Origin: Candidatus Saccharibacteria bacterium UBA3723
GTDB lineage: Bacteria; Patescibacteriota; Saccharimonadia; Saccharimonadales; Saccharimonadaceae
Reading direction: 5' to 3'
Assembly: GCA_002371895.1 (NCBI GenBank)
Contig: DFHM01000009.1
Coordinates: forward strand, 39,271 to 103,270
DNA length: 64,000 bases
The translations under genes and the position numbers were made by a program. Under the pieces are notes generated by a model that worked only from the letters and a program-made list of their open reading frames with translations, did no database searches and had not been told where the DNA came from. Shown one piece after another: positions 9,559 to 19,710 of this stretch (position 1 is the first letter of the stretch; each line of letters opens with the position of its first letter).

Positions 9559-11010
9559 ATGAAAGCAGTTACTCGTTTTGCGCCGTCGCCGACCGGCTAT
9601 ATTCACATTGGAAACGTACGCTCGGCAATTTATCCATACCTCATCGCCAAACAGCAGGGCGAAGAAGGCACATTTATTTTGCGCATCGAGGATACTGATC
9701 AGGCTCGCTATGTAGAAGGCGCAACTGACCTTATTAAAGACACCTTGACTTGGCTTGGCCTTGACTGGGATGAAGGTCCAGATAAAGGCGGCAGCCACGG
9801 CCCGTACTACCAAACTCAGCGTAAAGAAATTTATTACGAATGGGCAAAGAAACTCATCGCAGCAGGTCGCGCTTATGCGGACCCAACCCCATCTGAAACC
9901 GTCGCCAAATACCGCGAAGAAGCCAATAAAAACAAGCAGGCATTTTTGTATCGCAATTACCGCCCGGATAATACGCCAGAATGGGAAGTCGGCTTGCCAC
10001 TTCGCCTCAAGGCGCAGCCAAAAGCCTACGATTATCACGACGAGGTCTTCGGCGACCTTCACATGGGCCCAGAAACTCAGGACGACATTATCCTTATTAA
10101 GGCCGACGGCTTGCCAACCTACAACTTCGCCCACATCGTCGATGATGCGACCATGGGCGTCACACATGTTTTGCGTGGCCAAGAATACTTGCCAAGCATG
10201 GGCAATTATCTAGAACTCTACGAAGCCTTCGGTCTCGAACGTCCAAAATTTGTACATCTTCCACATATTCTTGCACCTAGTGGTAACAAGAAGCTAGGAA
10301 AGCGCGATGGCGCCAAGTCTGCCAACGATTATCGCCTCGACGGCATTTTGCCAGAAGCTATGCTAAACTTCCTCGCCTGCCTTGGCTGGAACGATGGCAC
10401 CGAGCAAGAAATCTACAGTAAACAAGACCTCATTGAGAAATTCGACATTGCTCGCATTCAGCGCGCCGGCGCTCGCTACGACGAGCAAAAGCTTCTCTGG
10501 CTCAACGGCCAGTGGATTCGCAAGCTCTTCGAAGAAGACGCACGTGCACTCTACAATCGCACCAAAGATTTCTGGCCAGAAACCGCCGCTAGCTTCGACG
10601 ACGACTACAAGTTCAAGATCTTTAGCATTATTTATGACCGTCTCAAGACCCTTGGCGACCTAAAAACCATGACGACCTATTTCTTTGAAGATCCAAAGGT
10701 TGACATGGATATGATTACGTCCAACAAAGCCCTCAAGAAGCTCTCCGAACATGAAATTTGCGATATTCTCCGTAAATCTGTCGCAAAACTTAGCGGCATC
10801 GAAGATTGGACCGCAGAGAATCTCCAAAACGCGCTCAATGAGCTCCTCGCCGAGACCGAGCAAAAACCAATGGTGCTCTTTGGTCTTATTCGCCTCAGCA
10901 TCAGCTTTGCGCCATTTAGCCCAGCATTACACGATACTCTTGCCGTTCTTGGCAAAAATGCCAGCCTTGCCCGTATGAATGCGGTCATTACGGCCTTTGG
11001 GCGTGATTAG
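9559..11010 (+). CDS. gltX: Glutamyl-tRNA synthetase
   Basis: Sequence RFAPSPTGYIHIGNVRSA (HIGH) and KLGKRDGA (KMSKS-like). Confidence 0.95.
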   Translation: MKAVTRFAPSPTGYIHIGNVRSAIYPYLIAKQQGEEGTFILRIEDTDQARYVEGATDLIKDTLTWLGLDWDEGPDKGGSHGPYYQTQRKEIYYEWAKKLIAAGRAYADPTPSETVAKYREEANKNKQAFLYRNYRPDNTPEWEVGLPLRLKAQPKAYDYHDEVFGDLHMGPETQDDIILIKADGLPTYNFAHIVDDATMGVTHVLRGQEYLPSMGNYLELYEAFGLERPKFVHLPHILAPSGNKKLGKRDGAKSANDYRLDGILPEAMLNFLACLGWNDGTEQEIYSKQDLIEKFDIARIQRAGARYDEQKLLWLNGQWIRKLFEEDARALYNRTKDFWPETAASFDDDYKFKIFSIIYDRLKTLGDLKTMTTYFFEDPKVDMDMITSNKALKKLSEHEICDILRKSVAKLSGIEDWTAENLQNALNELLAETEQKPMVLFGLIRLSISFAPFSPALHDTLAVLGKNASLARMNAVITAFGRD

Positions 11011-11037
11011 TTTACACGCTTATGCTATAATGTTTTT

Positions 11038-12384
11038 ATGGATGGTTTTAAGAGGCCTTATCGAGGCACAAAAATTTACGTGCGTGACAAAGACGCAGAT
11101 CAGACGCTCGTAAACCTCTACAAGGAGAGCGAGTATACAAAAGAAAACTCGGTCCCGAAAGACTCTAAAACCAAGCTCAAAGAAGAAGATATCGATGACG
11201 ATATTAGCGCATTCATTAATGACGCTGAGGATACCGTCGAGACAGATATCCCAGAGAGAAGCGAAGCCAAAAAAGCCCGCAAAAAAGCTGCAAAGAAAGA
11301 AAAGCAAAAATCATCCATCAAGAAAACAATCGCTACTATCTTTGTTGCTGTAATTTTGATTGCAGGCGTCGTAGCTGGCGGACTCTGGTTATTCTCGCCA
11401 AACACCATCCAAAATGTTCTTGGGCAAAAAGAGAACAAGGGCACTGCTGCCGACGAAATCTATTATTCACCACTTACCGGCCTAGAAAGCTCCAATAAAG
11501 ACGCTGCCTCCGCCGCTGTAACCTGCGTAATGATCGAAAACAGCACCGACGCACGCCCGCAATCTGGCCTCCGCGCCGCCGGGGTTGTTTATGAAGCGAT
11601 TGCAGAAGGTGGCATTTCGCGCTTTATGGCCGTCTACCAAGACAGTAAACCAGAATACCTCGGTCCAATCCGCTCCGCTCGCTATACTTTCGTGCAATTC
11701 GCAAAGCCATATCAGTGCACATATATTCACATGGGTGGCGCCACAAACGCTATTAATGAGCTCAAGAATGGCTACCGCGACTTCAATGCTGGTTTCTACG
11801 AAGAAAAATACGTATCACGCAAAATCAGCCGTGGCCGTTACGCACCGCACAACGTCTATTCTCGTTTCTCCTGGATTGATCAGTTCAATTATTCAAAGGG
11901 ATGGACCACTTCCAGCTTCACACCATTTGCACGCATCCAGCCAGACACTATTAACGAAGTAGAAAACCGCGATGCGACCAATATTACCATCAAGCTATCC
12001 GGCGACAACTCATATAATCCAGGCTTCACCTACAATGCCGCCACTAATACTTATCTTCGCTATCATCAGCGCGGTGGCGCTCATATGGATAAAGCCGAAG
12101 ATGGTACCCTTACACAGATTAGCCCGAATGTCGTCATAGCAATGAAGGTTCATGTCATTAATCGCGCAGGCGACGTAAATGGATATAAAGACCACGAGAC
12201 CTGGGGCGAAGGCGACGCATTCGTATTCCAGGATGGCACAGTCACGGCCGGCAAATGGCGCCGTGCAAACATTGGCGATCCGCTCAAATTCTACGACAGC
12301 AATAATCAAGAAATATTATTAAATCGCGGCCAAACATGGGTAACGGCTTATCCAGACAATATTGGCACAGTAAACTGGAATTAA
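11038..12384 (+). CDS. DUF3048 domain protein (YerB-like), N-terminal charged region plus TM
   Basis: Sequence VMIENSTDARPQSGLRAAGVVYEAIAEGGISRFMAVYQ. Confidence 0.8.
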   Translation: MDGFKRPYRGTKIYVRDKDADQTLVNLYKESEYTKENSVPKDSKTKLKEEDIDDDISAFINDAEDTVETDIPERSEAKKARKKAAKKEKQKSSIKKTIATIFVAVILIAGVVAGGLWLFSPNTIQNVLGQKENKGTAADEIYYSPLTGLESSNKDAASAAVTCVMIENSTDARPQSGLRAAGVVYEAIAEGGISRFMAVYQDSKPEYLGPIRSARYTFVQFAKPYQCTYIHMGGATNAINELKNGYRDFNAGFYEEKYVSRKISRGRYAPHNVYSRFSWIDQFNYSKGWTTSSFTPFARIQPDTINEVENRDATNITIKLSGDNSYNPGFTYNAATNTYLRYHQRGGAHMDKAEDGTLTQISPNVVIAMKVHVINRAGDVNGYKDHETWGEGDAFVFQDGTVTAGKWRRANIGDPLKFYDSNNQEILLNRGQTWVTAYPDNIGTVNWN

Positions 12385-12404
12385 AGAAAGGAAGCAAGAG
12401 AAAA

Positions 12405-13820
12405 ATGTTTGGCGGTTACGACCCATCATACAATCCAGAAGCGTTAGAGGCAAGAAAGAAAGAAAACAAAGAGCTTACCCCAGAGCAGCAAGCAATGGCA
12501 AAGAAGTGGGCTGTCACGATGGGAGAATCCGGAGTAGAAACAGCAACGGCACAAGCCGTAGCTGAGGCGGTTGCAGAAACAACACAGGCAGAGGCAGATC
12601 CAGAAACTGAACCTACAATTCCAGAAACCGAACCAGTATTGCAGGCTCAGGCCGAAGAAAATATGACTCAGGCACAAATCGACATGGCAAATGCAGAAGC
12701 ATCAGCCGCTGCCGCGCAAGCAGAAGCCGATCAGGCAGCAATGAACGGCGAAGAGCCAGAAGAATACGAAGAAGTAGAAGAGGATTACATTGACCAAAAT
12801 GGCAAACCAGCCAAACGCAAGGTACGCCGCCCAAAGATTAAAGACAAAGCCTCAAAGCCAGGTATTCCCGTACAAGGCATGGGTGCCGAAGAAACACTCC
12901 AAACTATGGCTGCAGCAAGCCCAGCCGGCGCAATAATTGCGGAAGCCGTAGACCAGGCTTTGGAATATGCAAAACAGGGCATAAATGACGTAGAAGCGCC
13001 TCAAATTGGCGACAGTGGTGCCAAAGAAGATGGTGCGGACAACAAAGACGGCAACGAGGCAGAGCCAGGAAATCAAGGAGAAGAGGAGGCATCAATGACA
13101 ACAGAAGCCGGAATTCAGCATTTCCCACAGAAAGAAGGAGCATCGGGCTTCAATCCGTTAACACCAGAAGAGCAGATAGCTCAACAACAAGCGGCAGAAG
13201 CCAACGCAGCGCAGCGTTACGACGATGACAACTTAGTCGCACAAGCGGTATCAGAAGGTTCAGGCAAAGGCACAATCGACCTTAATAGCGTTGGTGGCAA
13301 GCTCGAAGGCCAAGGCGTAGGCATCCAAGGCGAAGTAGACAAGATGAAAGCAGACACTGCAAAAGATATCGCAATGGCCGGCGGAGACCAGACCGAGGCT
13401 ACAGTAGACCCAGCACAGACCGTAGATAATCTAACTATCGATACTGGCGCAGAGGCGCTCGCCCTCAAGGAACAGGCCGCAGACGTAAAGGCCGCCGTCG
13501 AAAAAGGCGATGCTGACGCAGACAGCAAAGTCGCCGAGTTCACTCAGGCTGCAGCTGAAACCGAGCAACTTGCAGGCATCGCGGAATCCGCATCGATCCA
13601 AGCCGGTGAGCAAATATCCGAGACGGTTGGCGAGGCACGTAATATGGCAGAAGAAGCCAAAGACGCCGTAAATCAAGCCCAAACAGAAGCCGCTGCCGAA
13701 GAAGAAGAGAAGGACAAAGATAAAGACGAAGACGAAGGCGAAAACAGCGCCTTCAACTCGGACAAATATCCAGAATTGGCCGGCCTAGACAACGGCGACC
13801 GCAAATCAATCTTTATGTAA
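12405..13820 (+). CDS. Highly acidic low-complexity (E/A/Q-rich) protein, 471 aa
   Basis: I moved the start to the ATG at 12405, which has AAGGAAG upstream. The track start at 12336 overlaps the preceding gene. No family recognised. Confidence 0.55.
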   Translation: MFGGYDPSYNPEALEARKKENKELTPEQQAMAKKWAVTMGESGVETATAQAVAEAVAETTQAEADPETEPTIPETEPVLQAQAEENMTQAQIDMANAEASAAAAQAEADQAAMNGEEPEEYEEVEEDYIDQNGKPAKRKVRRPKIKDKASKPGIPVQGMGAEETLQTMAAASPAGAIIAEAVDQALEYAKQGINDVEAPQIGDSGAKEDGADNKDGNEAEPGNQGEEEASMTTEAGIQHFPQKEGASGFNPLTPEEQIAQQQAAEANAAQRYDDDNLVAQAVSEGSGKGTIDLNSVGGKLEGQGVGIQGEVDKMKADTAKDIAMAGGDQTEATVDPAQTVDNLTIDTGAEALALKEQAADVKAAVEKGDADADSKVAEFTQAAAETEQLAGIAESASIQAGEQISETVGEARNMAEEAKDAVNQAQTEAAAEEEEKDKDKDEDEGENSAFNSDKYPELAGLDNGDRKSIFM

Positions 13821-13833
13821 AATAAAGAAGAAA

Positions 13834-13860
13834 AGCACTCCGATACAAGGGGTGCTTTTT
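13834..13860 (+). terminator. Intrinsic terminator
   Basis: Stem AGCACTCC/GGGGTGCT followed by TTTTT. Confidence 0.6.
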
Positions 13861-13898
13861 GCATGCTACAATATAATCAATAAACAGCGAGATTTATT

Positions 13899-15488
13899 AT
13901 GTACATAAATGACAAAATCCTAGTAGGAAAAAGCGAAGATAAAGAATTGTCTATCTTACTAAACATGGCAAACCGCCACGGCCTCATTACGGGCGCAAGC
14001 GGTTCTGGTAAAACCATCACTCTTAAGGTAATGGCCGAGAGTTTTTCTGATGCCGGTGTACCGGTATTCTTAGCCGACGTTAAGGGCGATTTAGCCGGCA
14101 CGGCACTTGAGGGCGATATCGAGACAATTAAGAAACGCGTCGATAAACTTGGCCTCGAAGGCTTTGAGTGTAAGAAATTCCCAGTGCGCTTCTGGGATTT
14201 GTATGGCGAAAATGGCCACCCAATTCGCGCAACCGTATCAAGCGTCGGTCCAGATATTCTATCGATGATGCTTGGCCTTTCAGAGGCCCAGGAAGGCAAC
14301 TTGGATATCGTATTCGAGGTTGCCAAAGATGAAGGACTCGAACTTATCAATCTCGCAGACTTACGCTCCACCTTGCAGTATGTGGCAGAGAACAAAGACA
14401 AATACATCACCAAATATGGCAACATTACTACCCAAAGTATTGGCGTTATCCAGCGCAGCCTCCTAGCACTTGAAAAACAGGGCGCGGACAAATTCTTTGG
14501 CGAACCAGCACTAGATATCAAGGACTTCTTTAGCATTGATTCCGAAGGACACGGCATAATCAACATTCTTCATGCTGTCGAGTTATTCCAGAGTCCAGAC
14601 CTCTACGCATCATTCTTGCTGTGGCTCCTCAATACGCTCTTTGCCACCTCCGAAGAAGTTGGTGATCTAGATAAACCAAAAATGGTCTTCTTCTTTGACG
14701 AGGCACACCTACTATTCAATGAGATGCCAAGTTATCGTCTCAAGCGCATCGTTCAAGTCGTAAAGCTCATCCGTTCTCGCGGCATTGGTCTTTACTTCAT
14801 TTCTCAGAATCCAACCGACGTCCCAGACGAAATCCTTGCGCAGCTCGGCAACCGTGTCCAGCACGCACTCCGCGCCTACACGCCAAGCGAACAGAAAATC
14901 GTTAAGGCGGCCGCCGATGCGTTCCGCACAAACTCCAAGTTTAATACGCAGCAAGCAATTTCCGAACTTGGCACCGGCGAAGCCCTTATTTCTTTCCAGG
15001 ACGAAAAGGGCGCACCAAGCATCGTGGAACGCGCTACTATCTTGCCACCACAGAGCTACATGGGCGCCATCAATGATATGGTGCGTATGAAAGTTATCAA
15101 TAACAGCGACCTCTGCGGCAAATATGACGAGGCTGTCGACAACGAATCCGCACACGAAAAAATTAGCAAGCACAACGAAGAAACTGCCGCAGCTAAGGCT
15201 GCCGAAGAGCAGAAGAAAATCGAAGAAAAAGAAGCGGCTGCCAAGGCGAAAGAAGAAGCAAAAATCGCCAAGGAAGAAGAAAAGAAAGCAAAAGAGGCTG
15301 AAAGAATTCGCCTCGCCGAAGAAAAGCAGCAAGCCGCCATCAAAAAGCAACAAGAAGCACTCGAAGCAAAGCAAAAAGCCAAGATGGAAAAACGCATAGA
15401 AAAATACGCCGATCGCTTTATTGGCAATGTTGCAGGCAAAGCTGGCTCAAAGGTCGCAGACAAGTTGTTCAAGAATCTCTTTAAGTAG
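13899..15488 (+). CDS. HerA-like/DUF853 (YjgR-type) P-loop NTPase with Lys/Glu/Ala-rich tail
   Basis: Sequence LLNMANRHGLITGASGSGKTITLKVMAESFSDAGVPVFLADVKGDLAG and Walker B FFFDEAHLLF. Confidence 0.85.
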   Translation: MYINDKILVGKSEDKELSILLNMANRHGLITGASGSGKTITLKVMAESFSDAGVPVFLADVKGDLAGTALEGDIETIKKRVDKLGLEGFECKKFPVRFWDLYGENGHPIRATVSSVGPDILSMMLGLSEAQEGNLDIVFEVAKDEGLELINLADLRSTLQYVAENKDKYITKYGNITTQSIGVIQRSLLALEKQGADKFFGEPALDIKDFFSIDSEGHGIINILHAVELFQSPDLYASFLLWLLNTLFATSEEVGDLDKPKMVFFFDEAHLLFNEMPSYRLKRIVQVVKLIRSRGIGLYFISQNPTDVPDEILAQLGNRVQHALRAYTPSEQKIVKAAADAFRTNSKFNTQQAISELGTGEALISFQDEKGAPSIVERATILPPQSYMGAINDMVRMKVINNSDLCGKYDEAVDNESAHEKISKHNEETAAAKAAEEQKKIEEKEAAAKAKEEAKIAKEEEKKAKEAERIRLAEEKQQAAIKKQQEALEAKQKAKMEKRIEKYADRFIGNVAGKAGSKVADKLFKNLFK

Positions 15489-15544
15489 GGTTCCACCTCT
15501 TAAAATCCCCCTTGTAAAAAGTAAAACTTGTATTATAATTCTTA

Positions 15545-15582
15545 TCACATACCACAGAGAGGAGGAGGTATGTGATTTTTTT
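15545..15582 (+). terminator. Intrinsic terminator
   Basis: Stem TCACATACC/GGTATGTGA followed by TTTTTTT. Confidence 0.7.
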
Positions 15583-15641
15583 GGGGCGTAAATCTTTCAT
15601 GCGCCTCGAAACCTTGCACCTTAGCAGAGGAGGTTGATTCT

Positions 15642-17741
15642 ATGGTGTATTTTTTAGTAATACTCATCTCAATTCTCGCCCTCGGCTACATCACGTATAA
15701 TTTCTTCAGGTTACGTGCCATGGACGAAGGTACGGAAGAAATGGTCGAAATCGCCGGCATCATACGCCGTGGCGCCAAAACATTCATGCGCGCCGAGTAC
15801 AAGATCATTATTCCAGTCATCATCATCGTCGCCGCAATCTTCACGTGTTTCATCGAGAAGACAAGCGGTATCACATTCATCGTTGGAGCGACAATGAGCA
15901 GCTTGGCCTGCATAATTGGTATGCGAAGCGCGACCTACGCCAACGTGCGTACGGCAAATACCGCACTCCGCACCAAGAAAATCGGGCCGACCACTCAAAC
16001 CGCCCTACGAGGAGGAAGTATTAGCGGCCTATGTGTCCCAGCGTTTGGACTATTAGGACTAATGCTAATCTTCATCGTGGCTGGCGGAGTCAAAATTGGG
16101 GCTACCGGCGGAGGACTATTAGCGTCTTTCTCGTGTAACCCAACCATCATGCGCTTCACGACATATTCGTTAGGTTGCTCACTCGTTGCAATGTTCAATC
16201 GTATCGCGGGTGGTAACTACACCAAGGCTGCCGACATTTCGGCGGATATCGTGGCCAAAATCAGACACGATATGCCCGAGGACGACAGTCGTATGCCGAA
16301 CACTATCGCTGACTTCATTGGCGATAATGTTAACGACATTGCCGGTAACTGTTCCGACTTGCTCGAAAGTTTTGTCGCAACCGTGGTTGCGTGCATTCTT
16401 ATCGCCGGTACAATGGTAACCGAGAATACCGGAGAGGCTCTCTTCAGGGCTACCAGTATTTTCCCGATTGCGATTGCTGGCTTCGGTTTAGCTGGAAGTG
16501 TTATCGGAATCATGTACGCTCTACGTCACAGAGCAAGCGACAATCCGTCGCACGAGCTGGACATAGCTACAAATATCTCAGCAGTGATTGTTGTCGTAGC
16601 TAGCTTCTTTACGTCGAGATTCATTTTCGGCGGCATCGAGCTGTACGATAGTTTCTTGCTTGGCTGGATTTCGCCTTGGATTGCTAGTGTTCTTGGTATT
16701 GTTAGCGGTGTCGCCATCGGTAAGATTACTGAACACTACACAGGGACAGATTTCGGGCCCGTCAAGAAATTGGCAGAAATGGCCACCGAAGGCGAAGCTT
16801 TTGTGATTACCAAAGGAGATGCAATCGGTTCTCGCTCTTGCTTGTTACCGATAGGAACAATTTGCCTGGCCTTAATCATTTCAGGTATTTTGTGCGGCAT
16901 CTATGGAATCGCAATTGCGGCGCTGGGAATGTTGAGCTTTGTAGGTACGACAGTCTCTATCGACGCTTTTGGTCCTATCGCCGATAACGCTGGCGGTATT
17001 GCTGAAAGTTGTCATTTACCTGCCGATATCCGCGTAATTACCGATAAATTAGACGCTGTTGGAAACACGACAGCTGCTATCGGTAAAGGTTTCGCGATCG
17101 GTTCAGCGGCTTTCGCCACAGTTTCGCTTATCTTTGCCTATGTTGGTAGCTATTCTTCCGGAACTCCGGATTTGAATATCGCTAACTTCACCGTCATCGC
17201 AGGAGCGATCTTGGGCGGAGCGTTCATTGAGTATTTTTCCGCATTACTGACAGATCACACAATCGAATCCGCGCATCTCATGGCGGATGAAGGCGATCGT
17301 CAGCTTTCCATCCCTGGTGTCATAGAGGGAACAGTAAAGCCAGATTATGATAAATGCATCGACATGGCGGCGCGTCAGGCGCTTCGAAAGATGTTGATTC
17401 CATCTTTATTGTCGTTGCTCATTCCTGCCGTCGGCGGAATTCTGCTTGGCGTAGAATTCGTCGGAGGTATTCTGGTTGGCGCTACTATCGTAGCTATTCC
17501 GCGCGCTATTTTCATGGGCAACTCTGGCGGCGCTTTCGACAATGCTAAAAAGTATGTCGAATCCGGCAGGTTAGAGGGGCACGGAAAAGGCTCTGCGGCA
17601 CATAAAGCCACTGTTGTCGGCGACACCGTAGGTGATACCAGAAAAGACGTTGTTGGCGTTTCGCTCGACATCTGCATCAAACTGATGTCCACAGTCGCAA
17701 ACACGCTTGCACCGCTTTTCGTATCGATTCACCTTTTCTAA
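15642..17741 (+). CDS. hppA: Membrane-bound proton/sodium-translocating pyrophosphatase (divergent)
   Basis: 699 aa and polytopic. Contains AADISADIVAK, IADFIGDNVNDIAG, DAFGPIADNAGGIAE and GDTVGDTRKD. SD GAGGAGG sits upstream. Confidence 0.88.
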   Translation: MVYFLVILISILALGYITYNFFRLRAMDEGTEEMVEIAGIIRRGAKTFMRAEYKIIIPVIIIVAAIFTCFIEKTSGITFIVGATMSSLACIIGMRSATYANVRTANTALRTKKIGPTTQTALRGGSISGLCVPAFGLLGLMLIFIVAGGVKIGATGGGLLASFSCNPTIMRFTTYSLGCSLVAMFNRIAGGNYTKAADISADIVAKIRHDMPEDDSRMPNTIADFIGDNVNDIAGNCSDLLESFVATVVACILIAGTMVTENTGEALFRATSIFPIAIAGFGLAGSVIGIMYALRHRASDNPSHELDIATNISAVIVVVASFFTSRFIFGGIELYDSFLLGWISPWIASVLGIVSGVAIGKITEHYTGTDFGPVKKLAEMATEGEAFVITKGDAIGSRSCLLPIGTICLALIISGILCGIYGIAIAALGMLSFVGTTVSIDAFGPIADNAGGIAESCHLPADIRVITDKLDAVGNTTAAIGKGFAIGSAAFATVSLIFAYVGSYSSGTPDLNIANFTVIAGAILGGAFIEYFSALLTDHTIESAHLMADEGDRQLSIPGVIEGTVKPDYDKCIDMAARQALRKMLIPSLLSLLIPAVGGILLGVEFVGGILVGATIVAIPRAIFMGNSGGAFDNAKKYVESGRLEGHGKGSAAHKATVVGDTVGDTRKDVVGVSLDICIKLMSTVANTLAPLFVSIHLF

Positions 17742-17844
17742 TTTTTTTCTCAAAGGACCATTCGGTCCATGTTCCTTATATAATTTACAGGAAATCCATA
17801 TAGCTTCTGCTACATGCAGGTTTCCATAGCCCCACTATGTGGGA

Positions 17845-17888
17845 GACCCCGGTAGTTGCAGCTTTTCTGCATGAGACCGGGGTTTTTC
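17845..17888 (+). terminator. Intrinsic terminator
   Basis: Stem GACCCCGGT/ACCGGGGT followed by TTTTT, enclosing an inner hairpin. Confidence 0.65.
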
Positions 17889-17909
17889 TTTGCGCTATAC
17901 TATGAATAT

Positions 17910-19391
17910 ATGCTCAAGAAGTACAAACCCTTTCTTAAACCTTTTCTAATCGTCTTCGCACTCTATTGTATTAGCATGCTGGCAATTTGGCGTTCCGGCG
18001 TATCATTCATCGACGACAACGGCCGCGCCTTTACGGGGAAGGGCTGGACTTCGGATTTTAATCGCTACTCCTCCTCAATCCTCTCGTTTTTCTTAATCCA
18101 ACTAAATACCAGCCTCGTAGATATCTCGCCATGGTCGCAAATTATCGCGATGGTATTCTTGGCGGCCGCAAGTTTGCTAATCGTTTATTATTTTGGTGAT
18201 ATCAAAAACAGGTTACATTTAATCCTTTCTTTGTTGGTCGGATTAACACCATTTACTTTGGTTTGCTGGCTCTACAAATTCGACGCGCCATGCATGGCAA
18301 TGGCGCTGCTAACCAGCGTCGCGCCGTTCTTATTCATAAAAGAAAAAGCGGACAAAAAGAATCTAATAAAGTTTTCTGCCGCATCAGTAGTCGGGCTATT
18401 TATCACACTCACTTCCTACCAGGCGTTCAGTGGCGTTTATCTACTAGTTGCACTCAGCTTCATTCTAAAATATTTCTTAGACGGTAAGAAGTTGCGTCCA
18501 CTTTTAGCCTATCTCGGCTGCGGATTAGCTAGCTTCATCATGGCCGGAATTGTCTTCAAATTACTTCCAGAACCATCAGGCTATCGCTCTATCGAAGTAC
18601 TAAGTTTTTCGGAATTAATTCCGGGCATTTTCAAAAATATTGCCAATATCTACAAGCAAATTTTTGCCAGCTTCGCGCCAAGTTGGCGCATCTTTACTAT
18701 ACTTAGCCTCGTCTGCGCGGCCATAGCAATATTTATCAGCACGAAAGAGAAAATCAAACAAAAAATCCTAAACACAGTGGCCTTTATCTTGTTCTTAATT
18801 CTCGCCGTACCGTTTTCTTACGGCATTTATCTACTACTCGCGGATGCACCAACCAACCCACGCTCGCTCATCGGCGTCGGTAGTGTACTCGCTGTTGCAT
18901 TCATTATTGCGACTAATGGTTTTACCAAGAAACAAAACATCTATGCAAAAGTCGCACTAGCTGCGCCTGCCGTCATATTGGTATATCTGTTCTTTGTTTA
19001 TAGCTTCGCGATCGGCAACGCTTTGGCCGATCAATATGAATACAGCAGTAATATTAACGCCGCCGTCGCGGACAGCATCGCGCAGACATATAGCAGAGAA
19101 GAGCTCGCCACAAAGAAACTTAAGATTCACGGAGACATCAGCCTTGCGCCAAACGTCCAGCATGTAAGCGACCTATATCCAATTACCGCGCAGATTATCG
19201 ACGAATTTCAGACTGGTTTATCCTATACAGCTTGGGGCTCCTGGCGCCTGCGCTTTGGCTACGGGCTCGAATACGACCATTACAGTCTACTTGAGCAGGA
19301 TTTAAACTGCGCAGACGGCACAGTAAAATACGACGGCTATTACAATACCATTATCGAAGACGACGATGCGGTATGCATAGAAATCAAATAA
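17910..19391 (+). CDS. Polytopic membrane protein, GtrII/GT-C-like glycosyltransferase candidate
   Basis: I moved the start to the ATG at 17910, because the track TTG start lies inside the terminator. It has about 11 predicted TM segments and an early FIDDNGRAF motif. Confidence 0.45.
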   Translation: MLKKYKPFLKPFLIVFALYCISMLAIWRSGVSFIDDNGRAFTGKGWTSDFNRYSSSILSFFLIQLNTSLVDISPWSQIIAMVFLAAASLLIVYYFGDIKNRLHLILSLLVGLTPFTLVCWLYKFDAPCMAMALLTSVAPFLFIKEKADKKNLIKFSAASVVGLFITLTSYQAFSGVYLLVALSFILKYFLDGKKLRPLLAYLGCGLASFIMAGIVFKLLPEPSGYRSIEVLSFSELIPGIFKNIANIYKQIFASFAPSWRIFTILSLVCAAIAIFISTKEKIKQKILNTVAFILFLILAVPFSYGIYLLLADAPTNPRSLIGVGSVLAVAFIIATNGFTKKQNIYAKVALAAPAVILVYLFFVYSFAIGNALADQYEYSSNINAAVADSIAQTYSREELATKKLKIHGDISLAPNVQHVSDLYPITAQIIDEFQTGLSYTAWGSWRLRFGYGLEYDHYSLLEQDLNCADGTVKYDGYYNTIIEDDDAVCIEIK

Positions 19392-19522
19392 TCCCGGTGG
19401 GAGATAAACAATGCGCCGTCGTTGCTACGCAACCGGGCATTGGACGAACCCGGGGCTCGCCTCCCACCAGAAAATTAATCACAACTAACAAAAAACACCC
19501 TACGGGCGTTCTTTCTTAGTTG

Positions 19523-19599
19523 TGGTGATCCCGGTGGGAGTCGAACCCACGATTTTCTGGATGAGAACCAGACGTCCTGGACCACTAGACGACGGGACC
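19523..19599 (-). tRNA. tRNA-Glu (anticodon CUC), CCA encoded
   Basis: The reverse complement is GGTCCCGTCGTCTAGTGGTCCAGGACGTCTGGTTCTCATCCAGAAAATCGTGGGTTCGACTCCCACCGGGATCACCA. It folds as a cloverleaf with anticodon loop TTCTCAT. Confidence 0.9.
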
Positions 19600-19631
19600 A
19601 ATATCGACATTTTACCAAAAGATTATCTCTT

Positions 19632-19660
19632 TTGCAAACAGATAAGACATGGTGTATAAT
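19632..19660 (+). promoter_or_regulatory. Sigma70-like promoter
   Basis: TTGCAA, a 17-nt spacer, then TATAAT. Confidence 0.6.
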
Positions 19661-19710
19661 TGCGCCAGATAGAGGCTAGAGAGACGCCTCTGTAAATAGG
19701 AGTTATACAT

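Noticed and set aside
9394-10182. 262-aa minus-strand ORF
   Set aside because: It is antisense to the unmistakable gltX. The same reasoning applies to other mirror frames: 13877-14566, 14712-15374, 33219-34343, 38960-39484, 42896-43852, 46981-47631, 58815-59321 and 62500-62952.
12336-12404. Track start of the acidic protein at 12336
   Set aside because: It overlaps the last 49 nt of the DUF3048 gene and has no SD. The ATG at 12405 is preceded by AAGGAAG at proper spacing.
17754-17845. Possible independent sRNA between hppA and the 17845 terminator, based on a TATATAAT string at about 17778
   Set aside because: No acceptable -35 or extended -10 is present. The hairpins are more simply the structured 3' UTR and terminator of hppA.
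19389-19600. tRNA-end direct repeats (also at 63095-63181) read as attL/attR of an integrated element
   Set aside because: The repeats are only 137 and 67 bp apart, enclose no genes, and no integrase or recombinase is present anywhere in the window. I reported them as structural repeats instead.
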